DNA of 12,448 nt. Origin: a virus. Lineage: Duplodnaviria > Heunggongvirae > Uroviricota > Caudoviricetes. Of the stretch, positions 1 to 7,407 are shown one piece after another. The position numbers and the translations under genes are program-made. Numbering within the stretch: position 1 is the first letter of the stretch; the number at the start of each line of letters is the position of its first letter. The notes below the pieces were generated by a model that saw nothing but the letters and a program-made list of their open reading frames with translations, did not search any database and was not told where the DNA came from. The stretch lies in IMG/VR virus record IMGVR_UViG_3300045747_000063, positions 1 to 12,448 of that record; one strand, written 5' to 3'.

Positions 1-23
1 TCCATTGAGATAGAGGGATAACG

Positions 24-968
24 ATGAGCGCAAGACAAGATTTAGCAGACTTCATTCTACGCCAACTCGGTTCACCTGTAATCGTGATTGAAGTTGACTC
101 ACAGCAACTCGAAGACAACATAGACTTGGCTGTTCAATACTACCACGAGTACCACTTCGACGGTATTGAGCGTGACTACCTGTCGTACATCATCGTTGGA
201 ACAAAAATTACCGTAGCCGATGCTACTGGCTTCACCAAGGGTGGGGCTGTTATGTCTTTGGATGGAGCAACCGTTGCACTGATTTCAAATGTAACTGGAA
301 ACGTAATCACAATCAACAAGCAGGTTGGTTTGGTTAAATTCTCAGTTGGTCAAACAATCTCAACTGGAAATTCTGGTGGCGCACAAACAACTATCTCAGG
401 TATTGTTCTTGGCGACCCAGACAATGGTTGGATTCCTGTAGCCGATGAAATCGTTGGCGTGAAAAAGATTCTGAACATCACAAGCATCCTCGGTTCATCC
501 GATTACATGTTCAATGTGAACTACCAAATCATGATGTCTGAAATTCAAAACTTGACCAGCGCAGGAACTGCATACTTCTACGGCGTGCAACAATTCTTGG
601 GTCACTTGGACTTCATCATGAAGAAGGAAAAAGATTTCCGCTTCAACCGCCGTATGAATCGTTTGTACCTAGACATTGCTTGGACACAAGACGTTAAGGT
701 TGGCGATGTTGTTATCGCAGAAGTGTACCGCGCACTAGATGAAGTGAACTTCCCAAAAATCCTTGATGATATCTGGTTGAAGCGTTATGCAACAGCCTTG
801 GTTAAAAAGCAATGGGGTAGCAACACACGTAAGTATCAAGGAATGCAACTACCAGGTGGGGTGACATTCAACGGTCAAACCATATATGACGAAGCAGTTG
901 AGGAAGTGAAATACCTAGAAGGTGAAGCTATTTACAGCACTTCGCCATTGGAATTCATGACGGGTTAA
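24..968 (+). CDS. gp13: T4-like neck protein gp13 (head completion/adaptor)
   Basis: Characteristic gp13 motifs: ILRQLGSPVI.IEVD..QLED.IDLA.QYYHE.HFDG, FRFNRRMNRLYLDI.W, D.WLKRYATALVKKQWG.N..KY.GMQLPGGVTFNG..IYDEA. SD GAGGG upstream. First of the 13-14-15-16-17 series. Confidence 0.95.
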   Translation: MSARQDLADFILRQLGSPVIVIEVDSQQLEDNIDLAVQYYHEYHFDGIERDYLSYIIVGTKITVADATGFTKGGAVMSLDGATVALISNVTGNVITINKQVGLVKFSVGQTISTGNSGGAQTTISGIVLGDPDNGWIPVADEIVGVKKILNITSILGSSDYMFNVNYQIMMSEIQNLTSAGTAYFYGVQQFLGHLDFIMKKEKDFRFNRRMNRLYLDIAWTQDVKVGDVVIAEVYRALDEVNFPKILDDIWLKRYATALVKKQWGSNTRKYQGMQLPGGVTFNGQTIYDEAVEEVKYLEGEAIYSTSPLEFMTG

Positions 969-971
969 ACA

Positions 972-1070
972 ATGAACGTTATAGACATAGTAGGAATCGT
1001 GTTTATCTACTCAATAGACAGTTTTTTGGTTTACCTACTTTGGCAGATACTAAGAACCATGTTTAGGTAA
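972..1070 (+). CDS. Putative 32-aa single-pass membrane peptide (MNVIDIVGIVFIYSIDSFLVYLLWQILRTMFR), not in the ORF track
   Basis: Hand-translated: ATG 972 to TAA 1068-1070. Fills the gp13-gp14 gap with 3-nt spacers at each side. The TAAACAATG junction is identical to the one in front of gp17. About 20-residue hydrophobic core and basic C-terminus. Codon usage is atypical (4 ATA, AGA, AGG). Confidence 0.55.
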   Translation: MNVIDIVGIVFIYSIDSFLVYLLWQILRTMFR

Positions 1071-1073
1071 GAT

Positions 1074-1829
1074 ATGACAGCAATCGTAAATCCATATTTC
1101 CACGCAAATAAAGGCAGTGAACAAACTCTGCTGAATTCGCTCGTCCGCGAATCTATCCAAGTGCACGGAAGACAGTATTACTACCTACCACGTGATGCAC
1201 AAGTTAAGGATGTAATCTTAGGTGAAGACGTTGTATCGGCATTTACACTTGCCGTTCCTCTTGAAATGTATATGGTGGATGCTCAAGGATTCTCTGGTCA
1301 AAAAGAAATGTTTTCGAAGTTTGGTCTACAAATTCAGAACTCATATAAGCTTGTTGTTGCGGTTGACCGCTGGGAAAAAGAAGTAAAGTCCCAGTTCGAC
1401 ACCCAAGCATTCAACGGTGAGGCTGGTTTCACCATCCCAAATTATCTGCGCCCACACGAAGGCGACTTGATTTATGACTCGCTAACAAAATTCTTGATGG
1501 TAATCAAGTTCGTTGACCACGATATGGAGTTCTATTCATTGGGAAAGAACTACGTGTACTACTTGTCATGCGAATCTTTCTTGTACCAAAACGAAGCGAT
1601 TGCAACAGCAGTTCCAGAAATCGACACGTTTGCTTCATTGAGTATGGACAATTTGAACTTCCAGTTGATGACAGAAACTGGTGTGGCATTGCGTCAAGAA
1701 GATGGTAACTTCATCTTGCAAGAAGAAAGTCCAATCCCCGCAGAACCAACACGCAGTGTGAACATGGACTACACAATCCCTGCTCAGAGCATAAATACAA
1801 CTGTTGCATCTAACCCATTCAACATGTAA
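1074..1829 (+). CDS. gp14: T4-like neck protein gp14
   Basis: Motifs NPYF...GSEQ.L...LV.E.IQ.HG..YYYLPR, GED..S.F, EMY....GF.G....FSKFG, P.EGDLIY, FY.LGKNYVY.L.CE.F.Y..E.I.T...EID. Synteny between gp13 and gp15. Confidence 0.95.
   Translation: MTAIVNPYFHANKGSEQTLLNSLVRESIQVHGRQYYYLPRDAQVKDVILGEDVVSAFTLAVPLEMYMVDAQGFSGQKEMFSKFGLQIQNSYKLVVAVDRWEKEVKSQFDTQAFNGEAGFTIPNYLRPHEGDLIYDSLTKFLMVIKFVDHDMEFYSLGKNYVYYLSCESFLYQNEAIATAVPEIDTFASLSMDNLNFQLMTETGVALRQEDGNFILQEESPIPAEPTRSVNMDYTIPAQSINTTVASNPFNM
1790..1797 (+). promoter_or_regulatory. Putative T4-type late promoter (CATAAATA)
   Basis: 7/8 match to the gp55 late promoter TATAAATA, about 40 nt upstream of the gp15 start. Confidence 0.55.
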
Positions 1830-1838
1830 CGGTGAACT

Positions 1839-2597
1839 ATGTCATCCCCAATTTTTAAAGCCAACCATTTCTACCACCAGACTACGAAGAGTTTCATCGT
1901 GTCTTTTGGTGAACTATTCAGCAACATCTCAATCGAAAAATACCAAGCAGATGGTACTAAGGCACAGACATATGAAGTGCCGATTGATTTCTCGCCGAAG
2001 AACAAATGGTTGATAATGATTGGTGAACGTCCAGACTACACAACCAACCAAGTCCAGATGACGTTGCCTCGCTTGGCATTTGAAATCACCAGCATGACAC
2101 CAAACATGGCTCGAAAGATTGGGTTCAATGGAACTTACTCAATCGCCAATGTAAACGGTGGTGGACAAACAAAAATTTACAATCCGGTTCCATATGATTT
2201 GACTGTGAATCTTTACGCTATCACAAAAGATAACGAAGACATGCTTCAAATTATTGAGCAAATTATTCCGTTCTTCCAACCAACGTTGGTGTTGAACCTG
2301 AACCTGCTACCAGAGTACAACGTATACAAAGACATTCCAATCTCATTGATGAATGTCACAACTGAAGACAGCTACAACGGAAGCACAGAAGACCAACGTT
2401 TCATCAACACCACATTCACGTTCAATGTGCCTTTGTTCTACTTCGGCCCAATCTCCGACAAGACAAAAGAAATCAAAGACGCAAAGGTTGCTGTTACAAC
2501 CAACCAAGGAAAATTGGAGAACTACGAAGCAGTGGTTAACCCAATAACAGCAAGCAAACAAGCAGTGCATACAATAGTGGAGACATGGAAGCAATAA
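1839..2597 (+). CDS. gp15: T4-like tail sheath stabilizer / tail terminator gp15
   Basis: Motifs FYH......IVSFGELFSNI, VPI.F.PK.KW, TLPRLAFE, PVPYDL...L......EDMLQIIEQIIPFFQP. SD GGTGA. Synteny. Confidence 0.95.
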   Translation: MSSPIFKANHFYHQTTKSFIVSFGELFSNISIEKYQADGTKAQTYEVPIDFSPKNKWLIMIGERPDYTTNQVQMTLPRLAFEITSMTPNMARKIGFNGTYSIANVNGGGQTKIYNPVPYDLTVNLYAITKDNEDMLQIIEQIIPFFQPTLVLNLNLLPEYNVYKDIPISLMNVTTEDSYNGSTEDQRFINTTFTFNVPLFYFGPISDKTKEIKDAKVAVTTNQGKLENYEAVVNPITASKQAVHTIVETWKQ

Positions 2598-2598
2598 T

Positions 2599-3018
2599 AT
2601 GAACGATACAATGGCAGAAGTATTTGAAGTAACACCAGTTGAAGTGATAGACACAGCAGGAGTTTCATTAACGATTGCACCAGAAGGTGCAGAGGATGAA
2701 GACCACGCATACGCACGTGACCGTCACTATGAACTTGCAGAGAAAGGCGCAGAGGCTCTACTAATCGCAATGAAGATTGTGAAAGAGACTGAGAACCCAC
2801 AAGCCATCAAAGAATTGAGCGGTCTGATTAAGACTCTCTCGGAAATCAACAAAAACTTGCTGCATCTGCACAAGGATAAAGCTGATATTCAAGCCGTAAA
2901 GGGAACTGGTAAATCCCAACCAAGCACAAATGTCGAACAACAAAACATCATCTTTGCTGGCAGCAGCAAGGACTTGAACAAGTTGATTCAAACTCAGTTG
3001 AATGAACTGAATAAATAA
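2599..3018 (+). CDS. gp16: Terminase small subunit gp16
   Basis: D..YAR...YEL..KG.EAL..A......E.P.A...L..LIK.L......L..LHK helical core and C-terminal NIIFAGSSKDL (cf. N.IF.GST.EL in T4-like gp16). 139 aa, directly after gp15. Confidence 0.88.
   Translation: MNDTMAEVFEVTPVEVIDTAGVSLTIAPEGAEDEDHAYARDRHYELAEKGAEALLIAMKIVKETENPQAIKELSGLIKTLSEINKNLLHLHKDKADIQAVKGTGKSQPSTNVEQQNIIFAGSSKDLNKLIQTQLNELNK
3010..3017 (+). promoter_or_regulatory. Putative late promoter (AATAAATA) overlapping the gp16 stop codon
   Basis: 7/8 match to TATAAATA, 25 nt upstream of ATG 3043, with an AAAGG SD in between. Confidence 0.6.
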
Positions 3019-3042
3019 TACACTTATAACGAAAGGCGAAAC

Positions 3043-5022
3043 ATGGCAACCCTAAAACAATTGATGGCACTGACTGAACGTAACCGTGGTGAGCCTGACG
3101 GCGATGAACGCGAAGAACGCAAACTCGATAAAAAGTTCAACAAGCCAGTTGGACAAACAAAGTTCATGAAGGACTATGATGACAAGCGCGATGGCGTTGG
3201 TAAGTCTAAGGACACACCTTCTGTTAAGGAAGAAGTACAAGCAATCGAAGAAAAAACAATTCTTTCATTGAAGTCTTTTTTGGCTGGCCCAGATGTATCA
3301 AATGAACAACACAATCAAAACTACATCGAAGGTCTTGGTGACTACAATCTAATCACAGACCCAAGTCATACGCATATCCACTCGACCAATGAATCTATCG
3401 AACCAAACGCAGACAATAGTAAGCGCGTCGATGTGCGTGGTAAATCTAATAGCTCCGGTGTATCGGGTCTTGAAGTTCCAAAGCATATGTTGGAAGGAAA
3501 GAATGGATTGATGGAATTCCACAAAAAAGCACAAGCTGAGTTTCCAAATTCAGATGGTTCAACCCCACGTCATGAACCAATGGGCGACAAGGAATTGCAA
3601 AGAAGCCACAAGGCTCTTGCAGAAGAACACGCAAAACTTCCAGAACACGAGCAAATAAAGAAAGAAAAAGAAGCCAGAGGAAGACTAGGCAAGCTTGGTG
3701 TAACCAGCGTTCTTTCACAAAGTGATAAAACCGACACTATGCTCGGTATGAAACACCCGAAAACAGGGAAGCCAATCGTTAGTGCTCCATCAGTTAAGAA
3801 TGTAGCTGGTCATGCCGTTTATCCAGTTGGAGACCACGAACATCACATTATTAACACATGCCGAGGACAAACCGAAGGGTGTGGTGGTAAGGTCGATGCT
3901 TCTGGAAAAATAAGCACACGAACTGGCACATGCTTCGCACCAAATGCAGAAGCACAATACAAAGATGCCGCTGCAAAACGTGCAAAATTGACATATTCAT
4001 CACACCACCCACACTTGCACAAAGATGTATTCCATGCAACTGTTGGTGAGTTGCGTGATGAAGCAGCCAAGGGTGATAAAGCCAAGACAGACAAAGAAGG
4101 CGAAAAAGGTGGACACGTTGTAGTTAGACCTGACACCACAGCAGAAAACGATAATGATAAAACTGCTCACGCGGTGGCATTGTTGAATAAACAACGTTCA
4201 GAAAAAAGCAAAACCGATGGAAAATCTCGTCCAGAAATTCTAATCAACCGTTACTCCAAAACTGGTCAGGAAGGTTCGACTTACTCGAACACTGGGCCAA
4301 AAGTTAAGAATGGTGGAACAATTGGTGAGAACGTGCGCAGAGATTCAAAGCGTCACAACCAAACTGTTAAGGCAAGCGATTCTTCTGGAAAAGACTTTGT
4401 TAAGGCAAGCGGTGAAAAAGAAGAACCACGTCACCAATACATGGTTAATGACTTGAAGCGTAATGGCGATGAAGAGAAAAAAGTAGATGCACACCTACAC
4501 ACTGTTCGTCATTGGAGTGCCCCAGTTGCCAATGAACATCTAACTGGTCATGAAAAAACCAAGAGCGAAGCTCACTATGATGCAAATGGAAAAGAAACAA
4601 CAGAAGACAAAGCGCACACTGGTTTCGCATCAAGAAATGGTAGAACATATCGCTACAGCAATCACCATGTGATTCCAAAGCGTTATCCAACCGATGGGCA
4701 TCCAGCAGATGACCGCTTGTTCGACTCTCACCACATGAGCGAAAAATACAAATCGAAAGAAGGTGGTTTGTATTCCAGCAATGGTAAGCGTCACGGTGGC
4801 GTAATCATGACTTCACCAACCGACTCGACTTCAAACCACAAGCGTCAACACGCTGAGTTTACACACCCTGTATCTAAACATGTTGACTCTATTGTTAAAA
4901 CTGGACGTTATGATGTTGACCACCCAGATGAACAAGAAGCAGCACGTGGAAAAGAATACAAGGAACCAATTGAAGGTAAAGCAGTGAAGAGTATCACTGG
5001 ACTCAAAAAGGCAAAACTGTAA
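3043..5022 (+). CDS. 659-aa His/Lys-rich protein with a three-Cys (Gp88-like) domain; probable internal head protein
   Basis: Long ORF with phage-typical codons and an SD. Leader MATLKQLMALTE. Its only three Cys form TC-x6-C-x16-CFA, followed by VVRPDTTAE, NRYSK, TYS and DGHPADDRLFD, in the order I recall for Gp88-like phage proteins. The family call is from memory. Confidence 0.9.
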   Translation: MATLKQLMALTERNRGEPDGDEREERKLDKKFNKPVGQTKFMKDYDDKRDGVGKSKDTPSVKEEVQAIEEKTILSLKSFLAGPDVSNEQHNQNYIEGLGDYNLITDPSHTHIHSTNESIEPNADNSKRVDVRGKSNSSGVSGLEVPKHMLEGKNGLMEFHKKAQAEFPNSDGSTPRHEPMGDKELQRSHKALAEEHAKLPEHEQIKKEKEARGRLGKLGVTSVLSQSDKTDTMLGMKHPKTGKPIVSAPSVKNVAGHAVYPVGDHEHHIINTCRGQTEGCGGKVDASGKISTRTGTCFAPNAEAQYKDAAAKRAKLTYSSHHPHLHKDVFHATVGELRDEAAKGDKAKTDKEGEKGGHVVVRPDTTAENDNDKTAHAVALLNKQRSEKSKTDGKSRPEILINRYSKTGQEGSTYSNTGPKVKNGGTIGENVRRDSKRHNQTVKASDSSGKDFVKASGEKEEPRHQYMVNDLKRNGDEEKKVDAHLHTVRHWSAPVANEHLTGHEKTKSEAHYDANGKETTEDKAHTGFASRNGRTYRYSNHHVIPKRYPTDGHPADDRLFDSHHMSEKYKSKEGGLYSSNGKRHGGVIMTSPTDSTSNHKRQHAEFTHPVSKHVDSIVKTGRYDVDHPDEQEAARGKEYKEPIEGKAVKSITGLKKAKL

Positions 5023-5025
5023 ACA

Positions 5026-6678
5026 ATGCTTCAAATCCCTGAGAGTATTGAGGCTCACTTAGAAACACTGTCATTTAGAGGAAATTTCAACCTTAGAGAA
5101 GGTTCTACTAAGGTTGGAATGACCGCAGAAATGTTGGCAGAACGTTTCAAGTGTTCTCAAGACCCAATCTATTTCATTAAGAACTACATCCACGTTGTCC
5201 ACCCAGACCGTGGTATTTGTTTGATGAATCTTTATCCTTATCAGGAAAAGATGATTCAAGCATATCACCATAACAAACGTGTAACGTTCATGACTCCGCG
5301 ACAGTACGGTAAAACCACCGTCTCTGCGGCGTATTTCATTTGGTACATTCTATTCAACGATGATAAGACTGTTGCGATTCTTGGTAACAAGCAAGCAACT
5401 GCCGATGAAATCATGGATAGAGTTAGATTGGCGTATGAGTGTTTGCCGAAGTGGTTGCAACAAGGTGTTACATCTTGGAATAAACGCTCAATCACTCTCG
5501 TAAACGGCTCTAAGTGTTTCGGTGCTGCTACATCATCAAGTGGTATTCGTGGTAAGACAATTCAATTGCTGTACATTGATGAATATGCGTTCGTTGAAAA
5601 CAACATCGCAGAAGCATTCTTCACATCTGTGTATCCAACGATTACCGCTGGTAAAGACACAAAGGTTTTCATCACATCTACCCCAAACGGATATAATCAC
5701 TTCCATAAAATCTGGAATGAGGCTAACAAGAAGGGTGACGATTGGAATGGTTTCGTCCCATTGCGCGTGTATTGGACAGAAATGCCAAACCGAACACAGG
5801 CTTGGTATAACGAACAGAAGGCAGTTCTAGGTGAACTAAAAACAGCGCAGGAATTGGATGCAGAATTCTTGGGTTCGAGTATGACGTTGTTGACAGGTGC
5901 TACGATTGCACGTCTGACATACGATACACCATTATCTCAACCTGGTGGTCACTACCACGGATTGAAAATTTACACAGAAGTCCAAAAGAACCACGTATAT
6001 TCCATTGAGGTGGATACATCACGTGGTAGACACTTGGACTCGTCCGCGTTCACGGTGTTTGATATTTCGACATATCCTCACACGATTGCTGCAACATATA
6101 AGAACAACGAAATTGCACCATTGCTATACGCGTCAGTAGTTGAGAAATTAGCTCGTGTGTACAACATGGCATTCATGCTCATTGAAATTAACGATATCGG
6201 TGGACAAATTGCCGACACTATTTACTCAGACTTGGAGTATGAGGGTGAAATGTTCTGGACGAAATCCGGTGATATTCTTGGTAAGACTGGAGTTGACCCA
6301 TATCCGGGTATACGCACGACTAAGAAGACTAAGCGTATAGGTTGTGCCAACTTGAAGGACATGATTGAGAACAACCAACTAATCATCAATGACTTTGACA
6401 TGATTAGCGAATTGAGTACGTTCGTTCAAAGTACAACTGGCTCATATGAGGCAGATGAAGGATTCCACGACGACACTGTTACCACATTATGGCTACATGC
6501 TTGGCTATGTGCACAGCCTTGGTTTGGCGACTTGACCGATACAAACTTCCGCCTAAAGCTGCACCAGAACCACGTTAAAGAAATGGAAGAATCTTTGGCT
6601 GCTCCTTCATTCCTTGATGGAACTGAAGACTATGTTGACAACGGATATGACGACCAACGTCATGCGTGGTTAATATAA
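5026..6678 (+). CDS. gp17: Terminase large subunit gp17
   Basis: Adenine-binding LYPYQ, Walker A PRQYGKTT, Walker B LLYIDEYAF, coupling motif ITSTPNG, nuclease VDTSRG..LD.SAF and EG.HDD. Uninterrupted 550 aa. Confidence 0.98.
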   Translation: MLQIPESIEAHLETLSFRGNFNLREGSTKVGMTAEMLAERFKCSQDPIYFIKNYIHVVHPDRGICLMNLYPYQEKMIQAYHHNKRVTFMTPRQYGKTTVSAAYFIWYILFNDDKTVAILGNKQATADEIMDRVRLAYECLPKWLQQGVTSWNKRSITLVNGSKCFGAATSSSGIRGKTIQLLYIDEYAFVENNIAEAFFTSVYPTITAGKDTKVFITSTPNGYNHFHKIWNEANKKGDDWNGFVPLRVYWTEMPNRTQAWYNEQKAVLGELKTAQELDAEFLGSSMTLLTGATIARLTYDTPLSQPGGHYHGLKIYTEVQKNHVYSIEVDTSRGRHLDSSAFTVFDISTYPHTIAATYKNNEIAPLLYASVVEKLARVYNMAFMLIEINDIGGQIADTIYSDLEYEGEMFWTKSGDILGKTGVDPYPGIRTTKKTKRIGCANLKDMIENNQLIINDFDMISELSTFVQSTTGSYEADEGFHDDTVTTLWLHAWLCAQPWFGDLTDTNFRLKLHQNHVKEMEESLAAPSFLDGTEDYVDNGYDDQRHAWLI

Positions 6679-6681
6679 ATA
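6674..6681 (+). promoter_or_regulatory. T4-type late promoter TATAAATA overlapping the gp17 stop codon
   Basis: Perfect consensus, followed by SD GGAG (6691-6694) and ATG 6701. Confidence 0.8.
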
Positions 6682-6700
6682 TTTCATATTGGAGAATTAC

Positions 6701-6877
6701 ATGACAACAGAAACAATTGGCGTTAAGCGCACTCTTCGCCAAATCAAAGAAGCATTGGCTAAACAAAAAGGCCGTCACACGATTACCAAGCGTGACCCAA
6801 CAACCGGATTCGAAGAAAAGATGGTTCACTTTGGAACTGTTGATAATGTTCCAGCCGGATGGAAGATTTCAGACTAA
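6701..6877 (+). CDS. 58-aa basic hypothetical protein, possible small internal head protein
   Basis: GGAG SD 6 nt before ATG 6701 (better start than the track's 6689). Late promoter upstream. Stop overlaps the next start (TAATG). Contains KRTLRQIKE. Confidence 0.8.
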   Translation: MTTETIGVKRTLRQIKEALAKQKGRHTITKRDPTTGFEEKMVHFGTVDNVPAGWKISD

Positions 6878-7407
6878 TGAAGAACTGGCGCGAATACCTC
6901 ATTGAATATCACAAGACTCCTGCTGGACTTGTTCCATCGCATGAGACATTGGATTCGCCAAATGAAAAGCATTCGTATGGTGAGGTAGATGGACACAAAG
7001 TTTATCATACTGGCAAGCATACCTACGTCACAGACAAAGACGGTAACACGGTTGGTCACATTGGACACAAGAAACAAAAAGGTGCACCAGCAGGCCGTCT
7101 AGCAGTATCGAATATCACCAAAAAAGAAGGCACATCAATCAGTATGGGAAAAGTATTACACCATCTGATACACAAAGGACATTCGCTAGAGTCGGACAGC
7201 ATGAATACGCCGTCAGCGCATGGGATGTTGATGAAACTAGCTAAACATCCAGACATAACTACTCATATAGAAGATGGACAGCGAAATGTTGTACCACATC
7301 ACGGCGATATAACATCCACCGAAAATCAAAATAAATATTCCGCTCATTATGAAGAACCACACTTTTGGGATGTTCAAAAGCATATCTTGGTGTTTAATAA
7401 AAAATGA
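6877..7407 (+). CDS. 176-aa His-rich protein with CTS-like leader MKNWREYLIE; degenerate GNAT-like fold
   Basis: TAATG coupling puts the start at 6877 rather than 6859. The leader resembles T4 CTS MKTYQEFIAE. The LAVSNI...LHHLIHKGHSLESDSMNTPSAHGML..L..HP.I pattern resembles phage GNAT-like proteins (L.SD..QT..g..lW..L). Confidence 0.85.
   Translation: MKNWREYLIEYHKTPAGLVPSHETLDSPNEKHSYGEVDGHKVYHTGKHTYVTDKDGNTVGHIGHKKQKGAPAGRLAVSNITKKEGTSISMGKVLHHLIHKGHSLESDSMNTPSAHGMLMKLAKHPDITTHIEDGQRNVVPHHGDITSTENQNKYSAHYEEPHFWDVQKHILVFNKK
7330..7337 (+). promoter_or_regulatory. Possible late promoter (AATAAATA)
   Basis: 7/8 match, about 67 nt upstream of ATG 7404, but inside a coding sequence, so it may be chance. 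Confidence 0.35.

Noticed and set aside
2599-3018. pac-site repeats within gene 16, as proposed for T4
   Set aside because: No convincing direct repeats could be seen by eye.
4365-4411. 14-bp direct repeat TGTTAAGGCAAGCG (4365-4378, 4398-4411)
   Set aside because: Only two copies, in frame, encoding VKAS twice. This is a local coding duplication, not a CRISPR, att site or array.
3043-5022. Homing endonuclease hypothesis for the terS-terL insert
   Set aside because: No GIY-YIG, HNH (with proper Cys/Asn context) or LAGLIDADG motif. Length, composition and CTS-like leader fit an internal head protein better.
5026-6678. Intein or intron in terL
   Set aside because: The ORF is continuous, of normal length (550 aa), with ATPase and nuclease motifs at normal spacing.
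6689-6876. ORF-track starts at 6689 and 6859
   Set aside because: SD position supports 6701. TAATG coupling and the CTS-like leader support 6877.
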